The translations under genes were made by a program, and so were the position numbers. 64,000 bases of DNA from Bacteriovoracaceae bacterium. GTDB taxonomy: Bacteria > Bdellovibrionota > Bacteriovoracia > Bacteriovoracales > Bacteriovoracaceae. Location: the NCBI GenBank assembly GCA_965217035.1, contig OZ244226.1, forward strand, positions 124,001-188,000, in the 5' to 3' direction. Shown here piece by piece: positions 49,478 to 60,114 of this stretch. The notes beneath the pieces are model-generated. The model was not told the DNA's origin. It worked only from the letters and a program-made list of their open reading frames with translations, and ran no database searches. Numbering within the stretch: position 1 is the stretch's first letter; the number at the start of each line of letters is the position of its first letter.

Positions 49478-50509
49478 TCAATAATTCTTAAACCAAGCAA
49501 AACTCGTAGAAAGAATTTGAGAAAGAAGTTCCGTATAACTCATTCCTTGATGTTTCGCACTTAAGGCAAATTCATCGTCATGGGCAATATCTGGATTTGG
49601 GTTGGCCTCAAGAACATAAATTTCACCCGTTTCAGTCACTCTAAGATCAATCCGAGCATAGCCATTAAGATTAAGGGCCCGATAGGTCTTTTTAGCGACT
49701 TTTTGGATTTTCGCTTCCATCAATTCATCAATCTTCGCTTTTTTGGTTCGGATTCCTTTTCTCTTTCTATACTCTTTGTTGAATTTTGCTTGGCTCGAAT
49801 AAATTTCTTTTTCAGGTTTTTCAACATCTTCAAAACGAAGCTCCCAAACAGGAAGTGCCTTCAAACGATAGTTCCCGTAGACTCCTACGTACATCTCCCG
49901 CCCTTCAATAAATTCTTCAGCAATAGCATCAGTTTCTAGCTTTTGATTAATATACTTCACTCTTTCGTAAAGCTGTTCATCACTGTTAACGACAGAGGCT
50001 TGCGCTATTCCATAACTCGCCTCTTCAACTAAACACTTTACGATCAAAGGATAACCTAATTGCTTAGGTTTTCTCTTGCTTTTGTTTCTTGGAAAGACAG
50101 CAAACTTCGGTGATTTAATTTTATGATAACTGAGTATTTTTTTTGCTAAGGCCTTATCTCTCGCAAGAATCAATCCTCGAGGGTTGCATCCTGTATAAGG
50201 AAGTTTAAGAAGTTCCAGATAACTCACAACGTTTTGATCATAAATAGCTATTCCATCAAACTCTTCCAAAAGATTGTAAACAATATGAGGTTTAAACTCA
50301 GTGACAGCATCTCTGATGACTTTCAAGTTCTCATCGACTCCCAACGGAAGGACTTCGTGTCCCATCTTACGCAGATTCTTTATCACATCATACTCGGTCA
50401 CCCAGGAGACCTTTTCTCTTTCTATTTTTTGTTTATAGGATTCTTCTGGAGGAATCAGACTGCTGTGAAGGAGAACAATAATTTTTAGTTTCCTATTTTT
50501 GGAAGACAT
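49478..50509 (-). CDS. D-Ala-D-Ala-ligase-like ATP-grasp peptide ligase (non-canonical)
   Basis: YTGC..RDKALAK, PLIVK..EASYGI, EEFIEGRE, GYARIDLR, EANPNP; lacks Ddl GGxSxE and LHG. Confidence 0.88.
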   Translation of the reverse strand: MSSKNRKLKIIVLLHSSLIPPEESYKQKIEREKVSWVTEYDVIKNLRKMGHEVLPLGVDENLKVIRDAVTEFKPHIVYNLLEEFDGIAIYDQNVVSYLELLKLPYTGCNPRGLILARDKALAKKILSYHKIKSPKFAVFPRNKSKRKPKQLGYPLIVKCLVEEASYGIAQASVVNSDEQLYERVKYINQKLETDAIAEEFIEGREMYVGVYGNYRLKALPVWELRFEDVEKPEKEIYSSQAKFNKEYRKRKGIRTKKAKIDELMEAKIQKVAKKTYRALNLNGYARIDLRVTETGEIYVLEANPNPDIAHDDEFALSAKHQGMSYTELLSQILSTSFAWFKNY

Positions 50510-50645
50510 GAAGATATTCTAACCAAAGAAATAGCTATTAGAAATTGTTAGAGTTAATTCCAAAGACACACTTTACTGGACAAAAAAGCTCTGGCCTAAT
50601 CTTTTATAGAAATAGGTTTTTTTTTAAACATAAACGGAGTTATGT

Positions 50646-51956
50646 ATGTATCGACTATTATTAGTAGTTGCCTTTTTTTTGGCAACAAATCTCTACGCCC
50701 AAAGAAACCAAAAATACTATAAATTCCAACTCGGTCGATTACTATTTTTCGATAAAATCTTAAGTGGAAATAAAAATATCTCCTGTGCTACCTGCCACCA
50801 CCCTCAAATGGGATCGAGCGATGCTCTTGCTCTGGGAGTTGGAGAAGGGGGAAATGGATTAGGATTAAAAAGAAATCTCGGAAAAGGCAAGCACGCCGTT
50901 CACGAAAGAATCCCTAGAAACTCTCCCGCAATTTTCAACCTCGGCCATAAATTTGTTCGTGTAATGTTCCACGATGGTCGTTTAAAATTTAATAAAAAAT
51001 ATCCTAGTGGAATTGACTCTCCTGCCAAATACGATCTTCCAGAAGGTTTAGACTCATTAGCTTCAGCTCAAGCACTTTTCCCTGTGCAATCAGCCGCAGA
51101 GATGGCCGGTCAAAAAGGAGAAAATCGAGTTGCTGATGCCGTTGCTCGAGGTGACCTCGCTGGAGAAAATGGTGTTTGGAATCTGCTTGCAAAAAGACTT
51201 CGAAAAATTCCTCAATATATCGAGTACTTCAAAAAAGCTTATCCAAATACTGTAAGTGAAGCTTCTGATATCGATTACGTTAAAGCGGCTAATGCAATTG
51301 GTTTTTTTGAAAGAAATGCTTTCAAGTCGATGAAGTCAAAGTACGATTTTCACAGAAAAAATTCTAAGAAATTTAAACTGACTAAAAGGCAAGATATCGG
51401 CGAGAAACTTTTTTATGGGAAAGGTCGTTGTTCCCAATGCCACTCGGGACCATTATTCACTGATAATAAATTCTATTCACTTGCAATCCCTCCTATAGGG
51501 ATGGGTAAAGGTGATGGCCATAAAGGACTTGATGATTTTGGACTTGAAAAAGAAACAGGAAAACGTAAAGATCGGTATAAATTTAAAACTCCATCTCTTA
51601 GAAATGTCACCAGAACAGCTCCTTATGGACATAATGGAGCTTATACTAGCCTCAAGCAAATGATTAGGCATCATCTCAATCCAGCTAAAAGACTGCTCGC
51701 TTATAATCCTAAAAAACAAAAAATAAGACTTCCCTATCGTAAAGATCTGGCCAAAACAGATTTCGCCCTCTTAAAAAACCGAAGCGTGATTCGAGAAATA
51801 GCAGAGAGCTCTGATATTGATGAAATTAGAATCAGCGAAAATGAAGTTGACTCTATTATTGAGTTTTTAAAGACTCTTGAAGAGAAAAACTTTGATAAGA
51901 AATATTCTGATTTTATCCCAAAAGCTGTTCCAAGTGGTCTACCAATCGATAAGTAA
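50646..51956 (+). CDS. Di-heme cytochrome c peroxidase/MauG family protein
   Basis: Signal peptide, CATCH and CSQCH heme motifs, RNSP, FKTPSLRNV, APYGHNG. Confidence 0.92.
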   Translation: MYRLLLVVAFFLATNLYAQRNQKYYKFQLGRLLFFDKILSGNKNISCATCHHPQMGSSDALALGVGEGGNGLGLKRNLGKGKHAVHERIPRNSPAIFNLGHKFVRVMFHDGRLKFNKKYPSGIDSPAKYDLPEGLDSLASAQALFPVQSAAEMAGQKGENRVADAVARGDLAGENGVWNLLAKRLRKIPQYIEYFKKAYPNTVSEASDIDYVKAANAIGFFERNAFKSMKSKYDFHRKNSKKFKLTKRQDIGEKLFYGKGRCSQCHSGPLFTDNKFYSLAIPPIGMGKGDGHKGLDDFGLEKETGKRKDRYKFKTPSLRNVTRTAPYGHNGAYTSLKQMIRHHLNPAKRLLAYNPKKQKIRLPYRKDLAKTDFALLKNRSVIREIAESSDIDEIRISENEVDSIIEFLKTLEEKNFDKKYSDFIPKAVPSGLPIDK

Positions 51957-51990
51957 AAGATAAACTCCCATAATCTTTTATCAACTAAAT

Positions 51991-52018
51991 GAGGTGTCTC
52001 TTTCTTAGGGACACTTTT
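51991..52018 (+). terminator. Probable terminator after peroxidase gene
   Basis: GAGGTGTCTCT-ttctt-AGGGACACTTT hairpin with G-U pairs and short T-run. Confidence 0.5.
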
Positions 52019-52251
52019 ACTAAGCCTTTGCAACCACGATAGTTAACATTCATTTATTCTTTATAATTTTTGAAACACTCTACTCAATATTAGCGTAAGG
52101 AGGTTGTCAGAATTCTCAAACCTTATTTAGCAAAGATCACTATATCATAAGAAGAGGGGTAATGACTACATGCAAAATTAAAACTCATGGCCAACTTATC
52201 CAAAGAAAGAGTATTTCACTGGCATATCTTTAAGTCTTTCAAAAAAGAGCT

Positions 52252-54081
52252 ATGATGAAGTTTTTAATTTCTATAACTTTTATTCTCATGACTTTAGCAA
52301 TTGGGTTCTCTCAGACCTTCGAAAAAAACTATAAAACATTTAAATTCAAGACTGAACTTAGTAAAGTTTTTGTTCTAAGGTCTAAGAAATTTAATTCTTT
52401 AAAAACCACGTTCATTTCACATCATCTTGATAATTTATCTCAACTCGCTCAAAGTAATAATTTTAATGAACGCTATTACACAATTAAGTATCACACCTTC
52501 AAGAAAGTTCATTCCCAAAATCTGAATGTTGGCTTTATCGATCCAAAAATTAGCTCTAAGAATGACCTTTATATCTCTTTCAAGAGTTATCAAATCCAAG
52601 GAGTTCCTCATATTGATCTCATCATTTCAAAGTATGACCTCGCTAAAAATGAAATTACTTCTTTTGATAAGGACGGGGTCATTTATATCCCAAAAATAAA
52701 TTTGGCGAAATTCTTTGCTCCTATTATTGAAGTTAAATCAGAAAGAAATAGTTGCTTAAAAGATATTCAATACTTTCTTTCAGAGTTTAATCGAACACGA
52801 AAAAGAATTTATTCATTTTCAAAAAAGAATATTTCTAAAGTCGAAATTTCAAACAATTGTCGAGAACCAGGAAATCTTGAAATAGGCATTTTCAATCAAG
52901 GAAAGAAAGTCACCTATGGCTATGCTCACATCCCTTATTCTATCTTCTCTAAACATATTAAAACTTGGTACCAAAAATATCCACATGAAATGGGAATTCA
53001 TAGTCTCAGAGTTGCTTTTCCTAGCTATGGTCCCACTGGCGCACTTCATAACTATTCTTATTCAGACATTAAGCTTAAAGACAAAAGTTCTACAATTCCT
53101 GAATGCAATATCTATAATGTTAATGACGAAACCGATGGCACTATCATCACAGAAAGCCAAGGTTCCTTAGGTGAAGAAAATTTTAAATTTATTAATGGGA
53201 AAATCCCTTTTGATGATCTTCCAAAAGAGGTTCAGAAAAAGTCAGCTTTCAAAAGGCTTGATCGTAACTCATATATGTTTATTAAGGTCAATAAAAAGCA
53301 TGCCCCTAAGAGTTTCCTTGCTCGTGGAAATCCTAAATATCCTCTCCCGCAATCTTACCTTGTTCATAAAAATGGTCTTTGGTCTAAAGAAGTCGTCGCA
53401 AAATCATTTCTCAATAAAGTAAAAGATGCCAAGAAATTTTGGGATCTTGCTTTAAAGTCAGAAAAGGAAATTTATCTGCCTCATCGTTTCAGAGCTTATG
53501 AAGAAATGTTTGGGTATTTCTTAAAAGATAAATTTATCGCTGGATACTGGGATTCTAAAGATCCCAATATTCTACCTTCCTCTTTTGAAGTAGATGGGCG
53601 CTATGGTGCTGAATTAAAAATTGATCACTTTCAAGCTGCTCGTCTTTGGAAACTTGATTTTAACTTTATAAGAAATATTAACTACCATAAGTCTAGAGTT
53701 CATTACTCTCGTGTAAAAAAAGAAAAGGTTTTCTCTACAGATTTACTTTGCCTTAAGAAATGTTTTGGGAAAGTTCAAAATATAGCAATCAGAAATATTC
53801 TTTTAAAACCGGGAGAAAGAAAAGAAATCTTACTTGGAATAGGTGTAGAACCTCTTGAGATTGATTACACTCATCAGAGTAAAATCCAGGATCTCGTCTA
53901 TGCGCTTACTTATAATAACGACGGGACTATCACAAATCACAACCCTGAAATTGGCAAAATTGTTCTTACAAGAGGAAAAAATCTTGGAGATAAAAAGAAT
54001 TCAAATACTTACACTATTGATATTATCACTGACGACAGAATTCACCCTCTTGCTCGCTACCAAATAAAAATAAATCATTAG
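52252..54081 (+). CDS. Large secreted basic hypothetical protein
   Basis: 609-aa ORF with signal peptide; no motif recognised. Confidence 0.72.
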   Translation: MMKFLISITFILMTLAIGFSQTFEKNYKTFKFKTELSKVFVLRSKKFNSLKTTFISHHLDNLSQLAQSNNFNERYYTIKYHTFKKVHSQNLNVGFIDPKISSKNDLYISFKSYQIQGVPHIDLIISKYDLAKNEITSFDKDGVIYIPKINLAKFFAPIIEVKSERNSCLKDIQYFLSEFNRTRKRIYSFSKKNISKVEISNNCREPGNLEIGIFNQGKKVTYGYAHIPYSIFSKHIKTWYQKYPHEMGIHSLRVAFPSYGPTGALHNYSYSDIKLKDKSSTIPECNIYNVNDETDGTIITESQGSLGEENFKFINGKIPFDDLPKEVQKKSAFKRLDRNSYMFIKVNKKHAPKSFLARGNPKYPLPQSYLVHKNGLWSKEVVAKSFLNKVKDAKKFWDLALKSEKEIYLPHRFRAYEEMFGYFLKDKFIAGYWDSKDPNILPSSFEVDGRYGAELKIDHFQAARLWKLDFNFIRNINYHKSRVHYSRVKKEKVFSTDLLCLKKCFGKVQNIAIRNILLKPGERKEILLGIGVEPLEIDYTHQSKIQDLVYALTYNNDGTITNHNPEIGKIVLTRGKNLGDKKNSNTYTIDIITDDRIHPLARYQIKINH

Positions 54082-54082
54082 G

Positions 54083-55090
54083 TTATATCGAGATACGAGA
54101 ATAATGATTCTCAATCGACTTTTTAAAGTGTGAATGATCTAAGAAATCAAAAGAAGTATTCTTTTTAAAATGCAAACTTTGATTCTTACAATGGGTATAG
54201 AGATCATTGAATAAAGGACTAGAAAAATCGATGTCATTTGAGGTTACTTTCTTCACAATCAAGTCAAAACTTCTCCGGTTTTGTTTTAAAAATTGAGTCC
54301 CAGGAATAGTATCCACGCTATCAATCATTGAACTAGAAATTCTGTTTAATAGCTTCTGTTTCTCTTTAATTTTAAATCTTTTAATTTTTTCTTGATAATA
54401 TTCACCAAGCGTGACGTTAATATTTCGAGTGCACCAATAAACACGCTTCATGTGCTTCGGTTCACGCCCCTTTAATCTCCGCATAAGCTGATCAACATAT
54501 TGGAGTTTTTTTAGAGCAAGACCTGAGTACTTTCGACTCCAGTTCGAATGAGGATCTAACCAAGTGGCAAAAGTTTCGGCCCAATCCTCATCAGGATGAG
54601 AGCTGGCATAACCATCTCCAAGGTAATCGACATAATCTGAACTCTGACTTGGCCTCAGATAACTCTCCGGGTATTCCGTTGAGGTCAGACCGAAGAGCTT
54701 CTGTCGCGACTTCAAACGGCGAAGTCCATAGGCATTATCCATGGCATGACCGATTTCGTGACGCAGCAACTTTTCAAACTCTCTTTTTGTCTCCCCCTCA
54801 ACCTTTCCCATAAAAGATCTTTCGAGCTCCCGGAGCACTGGATGGTAAAGATAAAATGGAACAGCGATCCCAGCAATTCCGTCGGGACAGAACCATTCAT
54901 CAGAACACCAAAAGTGTGGATGAAATAGAATTTCTTTATGCTCAAGTTCATTAAGAATCCCTTTAAAACGGTTTTCTAATGATTTTGGAGCATCGTGAGC
55001 ATGAAGTTGAAGGTCCTTGAAACGAAGTTTCAATAGCTGATTTTTTGAATAATTGGACCAATAAAATTTTTTGAACACGTGTTTTCCCAA
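54083..55090 (-). CDS. Putative zinc metallopeptidase (zincin, Peptidase_Mx-like)
   Basis: LLRHEIGHA (HExxH), YASSHPDEDWAETFATWL, EWFCPDG. Confidence 0.85.
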   Translation of the reverse strand: MGKHVFKKFYWSNYSKNQLLKLRFKDLQLHAHDAPKSLENRFKGILNELEHKEILFHPHFWCSDEWFCPDGIAGIAVPFYLYHPVLRELERSFMGKVEGETKREFEKLLRHEIGHAMDNAYGLRRLKSRQKLFGLTSTEYPESYLRPSQSSDYVDYLGDGYASSHPDEDWAETFATWLDPHSNWSRKYSGLALKKLQYVDQLMRRLKGREPKHMKRVYWCTRNINVTLGEYYQEKIKRFKIKEKQKLLNRISSSMIDSVDTIPGTQFLKQNRRSFDLIVKKVTSNDIDFSSPLFNDLYTHCKNQSLHFKKNTSFDFLDHSHFKKSIENHYSRISI

Positions 55091-55223
55091 AAGTCAGAGT
55101 TGAGAGTAAACCCATACTCGCATAACCCAAAAAATGTTCAACAAAAATAGCCATTTATGATAAAAAATACAAACGGTTGTCAGTTAATTTTAATTTATCA
55201 CTAAAAAAATAAAGGAAAATGAG

Positions 55224-56450
55224 ATGGAAAAAATCAAAGTAACGAACCCTGTTGTTGAACTTGATGGCGATGAGATGACACGGATCATCTGGCAATTCAT
55301 CAAGGACAAATTAATCACTCCTTACCTTGATCTTGATATCAAATATTTCGACCTAGGCATGGAAAGCCGAGATAAAACCGATGATCAAATCACTGTTGAT
55401 GCTGCAAATGCTATTAGAGAACATGGGGTTGGGATCAAATGCGCAACAATCACTCCTGACGAGGCTCGAGTAGAAGAATTTGGTCTCAAAAAAATGTGGC
55501 GATCTCCAAATGGGACCATCCGAAATATCCTCGGAGGGACAGTTTTTAGAGAACCTATTATCTGTGAAAACGTACCTAGACTTGTTCCTAATTGGACTAA
55601 GCCAATTTGTATTGGACGTCATGCTTTTGGGGATCAATATAAGGCAACTGATCTTGTCATCAAAGGTAAGGGAACATTGACAATGACTTTCAAGCCCGAA
55701 AATGGAGAAGCAGAGACCCACGAAGTCTATGAATTCACTGGTGACGGTGGAGTGGCCATGGGAATGTACAATACAGATGAGTCTATTCGAGGCTTTGCTC
55801 ACTCTTGTTTCAAACAAGCTCTTCAGAAAAAATGGCCCCTTTACTTATCTACCAAGAACACCATTTTAAAGAAGTATGATGGTCGATTTAAAGATATCTT
55901 CCAAGACATCTACGACACTGAGTACAGAGGCCAATTCGAGGAGATCGGTATTACTTACGAACACAGATTAATTGACGATATGGTCGCTGCTGCTCTTAAG
56001 TGGAATGGTGCTTTCGTATGGGCCTGTAAAAACTATGATGGAGATGTTCAATCAGATACAGTTGCTCAAGGCTTTGGTTCTCTTGGACTCATGACTTCAA
56101 CTCTCCTGACTCCAGATGGAAAAACAATGGAAGCTGAAGCAGCTCATGGAACTGTCACGAGACATTACCGACAACATCAGCAAGGGAAGAAAACGTCTAC
56201 TAATCCGATTGCTTCTATTTTTGCTTGGACAAGAGGATTAACTTTTCGTGGAAAACTTGATGATAACCAAGATCTTATTAAATTCTGCCAAACACTTGAA
56301 GACGTTTGCATCAAGACAGTTGAGTCAGGGAAAATGACAAAAGACTTAGCACTTTGTATTCATGGAAAGGATCTCAATGAGTCTCATTACCTTACAACGG
56401 AAGAGTTTCTTGAGGCGCTTGATACGAACCTTAAAACTAGGCTTTCATAA
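55224..56450 (+). CDS. icd: NADP-dependent isocitrate dehydrogenase (type II, eukaryote-like)
   Basis: [47 protein letters not shown]. Confidence 0.97.
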   Translation: MEKIKVTNPVVELDGDEMTRIIWQFIKDKLITPYLDLDIKYFDLGMESRDKTDDQITVDAANAIREHGVGIKCATITPDEARVEEFGLKKMWRSPNGTIRNILGGTVFREPIICENVPRLVPNWTKPICIGRHAFGDQYKATDLVIKGKGTLTMTFKPENGEAETHEVYEFTGDGGVAMGMYNTDESIRGFAHSCFKQALQKKWPLYLSTKNTILKKYDGRFKDIFQDIYDTEYRGQFEEIGITYEHRLIDDMVAAALKWNGAFVWACKNYDGDVQSDTVAQGFGSLGLMTSTLLTPDGKTMEAEAAHGTVTRHYRQHQQGKKTSTNPIASIFAWTRGLTFRGKLDDNQDLIKFCQTLEDVCIKTVESGKMTKDLALCIHGKDLNESHYLTTEEFLEALDTNLKTRLS

Positions 56451-56471
56451 GGAACATAAGGGAAGAGAAAA

Positions 56472-57551
56472 ATGGAAAAACTCTCCATCATGGTCATTCC
56501 GGGAAATAATAAGAAGACTCGGACTTTTCATCTTTCTCTTTCCTTCGCTAAATCTTTAACGCTTCTTCTAGCACTTTTTGTCGTGATAGTTCTCGTTCTA
56601 GGTTTTGATTATTTCAAACTTCTGAATAACGCCTATCAAAGCAAAAGATTAAGAGTAGAAAATCGTCAACTGAAAGAACAAATTCAAATCTTCCAAATGA
56701 AGATGAATACCCTCACTCAGGATTTAGAAAGAATTCACACTTTTGAAAAAAAATTACGAATATTAACTGGTCTCGATAAACAAAAGTTGATCAAGCCTTT
56801 CTTTGATAAAATTCAAGAACCTAATAAAGACCTTGATAAACAAACTTCGACAAATTATGAAGACATTATTAAAGAAAGCTTTTTAAAAAAATTAAAATTC
56901 GACAAAATTGAATCTGAACCAACCTATACAAAATTTAAAGATTTCTATAAAGAAAAAATTTTTGATAAGCATGGCTTGAACAAAAACTATAAAAAACAAG
57001 AATGGGGCTTTGACATCCTCAGAGAAACCAATGAACTTTCAAAAGACTTTGCTCTTTTTGATTACAAATATGGTCAATTAAAAGAAATTAATGGCGAGCT
57101 CGAAGAAAATTTAAACGAACTTGATCAACTACTCCTCGATCGAGAATCGTTGATGCGCTCTACTCCTATCCTACTTCCGGCCAGTGGATGGATCACAAGC
57201 TTTTATGGTCCACGGATCAGTCCTTATTCAGGCAGAAAAAGGATGCATGAAGGGATTGATATTGGAGCTCCTTTTGGAGCCCCGATTGTAGCTCCAGCTG
57301 ATGGAGTTGTTATCTTTGCCGGAACCAAGCCAGGATTCGGAAAACATGTTCAAATAGACCATGGTTATGGAATTGAAACTTTATATGCCCACTCACAAAA
57401 GGTTTATGTCGAGAGTGGAGAAAAAATTAAACGAGGGGACCTCCTTGCAGCTGTTGGAAGTACAGGTCACTCAACAGGACCTCACCTTCATTATGAAGTG
57501 AGAATTAACGGTGTTGCTGTTGACCCCTATTACTTTTTACTGGAGTACTAA
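56472..57551 (+). CDS. M23 family peptidase with TM and coiled coil
   Basis: [23 protein letters not shown]. Confidence 0.93.
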   Translation: MEKLSIMVIPGNNKKTRTFHLSLSFAKSLTLLLALFVVIVLVLGFDYFKLLNNAYQSKRLRVENRQLKEQIQIFQMKMNTLTQDLERIHTFEKKLRILTGLDKQKLIKPFFDKIQEPNKDLDKQTSTNYEDIIKESFLKKLKFDKIESEPTYTKFKDFYKEKIFDKHGLNKNYKKQEWGFDILRETNELSKDFALFDYKYGQLKEINGELEENLNELDQLLLDRESLMRSTPILLPASGWITSFYGPRISPYSGRKRMHEGIDIGAPFGAPIVAPADGVVIFAGTKPGFGKHVQIDHGYGIETLYAHSQKVYVESGEKIKRGDLLAAVGSTGHSTGPHLHYEVRINGVAVDPYYFLLEY

Positions 57552-57553
57552 AG

Positions 57554-60094
57554 ATGATGAACGTTATCAAAAAAGTTTTTGGAACTAAGCAAGATCGAGA
57601 CATCAAAGCTTTGAAGCCAATCGTCGATAAAGTCAATGCTCTGGAATCACAAATGCAGAGTCTTTCTGACGAACAATTAAAAGAAAAAACATCTGAATTC
57701 AGGAGTAGACTTAATAATGGTGAAACTCTTGATGATATTATGATTGAAGCTTTCGCCGTAGTTCGAGAAGCTTCAGTTCGGGTTCTCAAAATGAGACCTT
57801 ATGATGTTCAGCTTATGGGCGCTATCGTTCTTCATCAAGGTAAAATTGCAGAGATGAAGACAGGAGAAGGAAAGACCCTTACAGCGACTTTAACTGTTTA
57901 CCTCAATGCCCTTTCTGGAGATGGTGTTCACCTGGTTACAGTTAACGATTATCTAGCCTCTCGAGATGCCGAGGAAATGGGAGTTCTCTATAAATGGCTA
58001 GGACTAACTGTTGGCTGTATTGTTCATGATATGGATGATGAGGATAGAAAAGAAGCCTATAACGCCGATATTACTTATGGTACTAATAATGAGTTTGCTT
58101 TTGATTATCTTCGAGACAATATGAAGTTTGATCTTGATCATTATGTTCAGAGAAAACTGAATTATTGTATTGTAGATGAGGTTGATTCCATTCTTATCGA
58201 TGAAGCTCGAACACCTTTATTGATCTCGGGACCAAGTGAAGGGAATACTGAACTTTATTATAAAATGGATAAAGTTATTCCTAAGCTTACAAAAGAAGAC
58301 GACTTCACAGTTGATGAGAAAAGTCATAGCGCTGTTCTTACAGAAGAAGGAATTATTAAAGTCCAAAAGATTCTTGGGATTGATAATCTTTTTGAACCAA
58401 AACATGTTGAAGTTCTTCATCACGTTAATCAATCATTAAAAGCCCATACTCTTTTCCAAAAAGATGTTAATTATGTCGTGAATGAAGGGAAAGTTATTAT
58501 CGTTGATGAATTTACAGGACGCCTAAAACACGGATCTCGCTGGAGTGATGGTCTTCACCAGGCCGTTGAAGCGAAAGAAGGTGTGAAGATAAAAAAGGAA
58601 AATCAAACACTTGCCTCTATTACTTTCCAAAATTATTTCAAACTTTATAATAAACTTTCAGGAATGACAGGAACTGCAGATACAGAGGCAGAAGAGTTTC
58701 ATAAAATTTATGAACTGGATGTTGTCGTTATCCCTACTAACCTCCCTCTTATTAGAAATGATGAAGCTGACGTCGTTTATGCAACTAAGGATGCTAAGTA
58801 TAAGGCCGCTGCTGAATTAATCAAAGAAGCTCATGAAAAACAACAACCTGTTCTTGTTGGAACAATTTCGATTGAAAGTTCAGAAATTCTCTCTGGGTAT
58901 TTAAATCAATTCGGAGTTCCTCACGAAGTTCTGAATGCGAAACAACACGAACGTGAGGCCAGCATTGTTGAAAATGCAGGAATGCCAGGCTCCGTAACTA
59001 TCGCCACCAACATGGCCGGTCGGGGTACCGATATTAAACTGAATGAAATTACTAAAAATGCCGGAGGGCTTTTCATCTTAGGAACGGAAAGACACGAATC
59101 CCGAAGAATCGATAACCAACTAAGAGGTCGTTCTGGTCGTCAAGGTGACCCTGGGCGCTCCAAGTTTTTTCTTTCACTTGAAGATGATCTTATGAGAATT
59201 TTTGGTAGTGATCGGATAAAAGGAATTATGAGCCGTTTGGGAATGAAATCAAATGAACCAATCGAGCACAAGATGATTTCGAATGCTATCGCCAAGGCCC
59301 AAAAGCGGGTGGAGACTCATAACTTCGATATCAGAAAGCACCTTCTCGATTATGACAATGTCATGAATGAACAAAGACAAGTTATCTACCGTCTTAGAAG
59401 AGAAATTCTTAATGATGAAGGGAATAAAGATCTTGTCGATTCTTTTATTGAAGATACGGCAATGTTTCTCGCTTATCAGTTCACTCCAGATAAGAAGACC
59501 CCACTTCTTGACTGGGATTGGGATACGATAAAAAATGGTTATAAGGCTGCTTTTCATCATGAATATGATTTCAATCCCAATGAATGCGCCGATAAATACG
59601 ATGGCGATTTAACAGATTATTTTGTTTCTCAAGCAAAGAAATTTATCGAAGAAAAGCTCTCTGAGTATCCTGATGACCAAGTTATCCTTGCAATACGAGA
59701 GGTTCTTCTTTCAACATTTGACTCTCATTGGAAAGACCATCTATTGGCAATGGATCATCTTAAAGAAGGAATTGGACTTAGATCTTATGGTCAGAAAGAT
59801 CCTATTATAGAATATAAGACTGAAGCTTTTGATCTCTTTGGTGAAATGAAAGAGCGAATCAAAGGGGCCGTTGTTGGAACTCTCTTTAGTATAAGACTTT
59901 ATACGGCCGAAGAAGTAGAAGAACTTAAACGCCAACAACAAGCTGAACTCGATATGCAAATGGAAGCCCATAGAAGAGCTGCTGAAGCTCAAGCGAATCG
60001 CGAACCTATTAGACGATCCGAAAATAAGGTAGGAAGAAACGATCCTTGCCCTTGTGGATCAGGAAAGAAGTTCAAACACTGTCATGGACGGTAG
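57554..60094 (+). CDS. secA: Preprotein translocase ATPase SecA
   Basis: [35 protein letters not shown]-terminal [13 protein letters not shown]. Confidence 0.98.
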   Translation: MMNVIKKVFGTKQDRDIKALKPIVDKVNALESQMQSLSDEQLKEKTSEFRSRLNNGETLDDIMIEAFAVVREASVRVLKMRPYDVQLMGAIVLHQGKIAEMKTGEGKTLTATLTVYLNALSGDGVHLVTVNDYLASRDAEEMGVLYKWLGLTVGCIVHDMDDEDRKEAYNADITYGTNNEFAFDYLRDNMKFDLDHYVQRKLNYCIVDEVDSILIDEARTPLLISGPSEGNTELYYKMDKVIPKLTKEDDFTVDEKSHSAVLTEEGIIKVQKILGIDNLFEPKHVEVLHHVNQSLKAHTLFQKDVNYVVNEGKVIIVDEFTGRLKHGSRWSDGLHQAVEAKEGVKIKKENQTLASITFQNYFKLYNKLSGMTGTADTEAEEFHKIYELDVVVIPTNLPLIRNDEADVVYATKDAKYKAAAELIKEAHEKQQPVLVGTISIESSEILSGYLNQFGVPHEVLNAKQHEREASIVENAGMPGSVTIATNMAGRGTDIKLNEITKNAGGLFILGTERHESRRIDNQLRGRSGRQGDPGRSKFFLSLEDDLMRIFGSDRIKGIMSRLGMKSNEPIEHKMISNAIAKAQKRVETHNFDIRKHLLDYDNVMNEQRQVIYRLRREILNDEGNKDLVDSFIEDTAMFLAYQFTPDKKTPLLDWDWDTIKNGYKAAFHHEYDFNPNECADKYDGDLTDYFVSQAKKFIEEKLSEYPDDQVILAIREVLLSTFDSHWKDHLLAMDHLKEGIGLRSYGQKDPIIEYKTEAFDLFGEMKERIKGAVVGTLFSIRLYTAEEVEELKRQQQAELDMQMEAHRRAAEAQANREPIRRSENKVGRNDPCPCGSGKKFKHCHGR

Positions 60095-60114
60095 AATTTA
60101 ACTTATAAAGTTTT

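Noticed and set aside
49478..50509. Housekeeping ddl
   Set aside because: Missing GGxSxE and LHG motifs; not in a mur/dcw context
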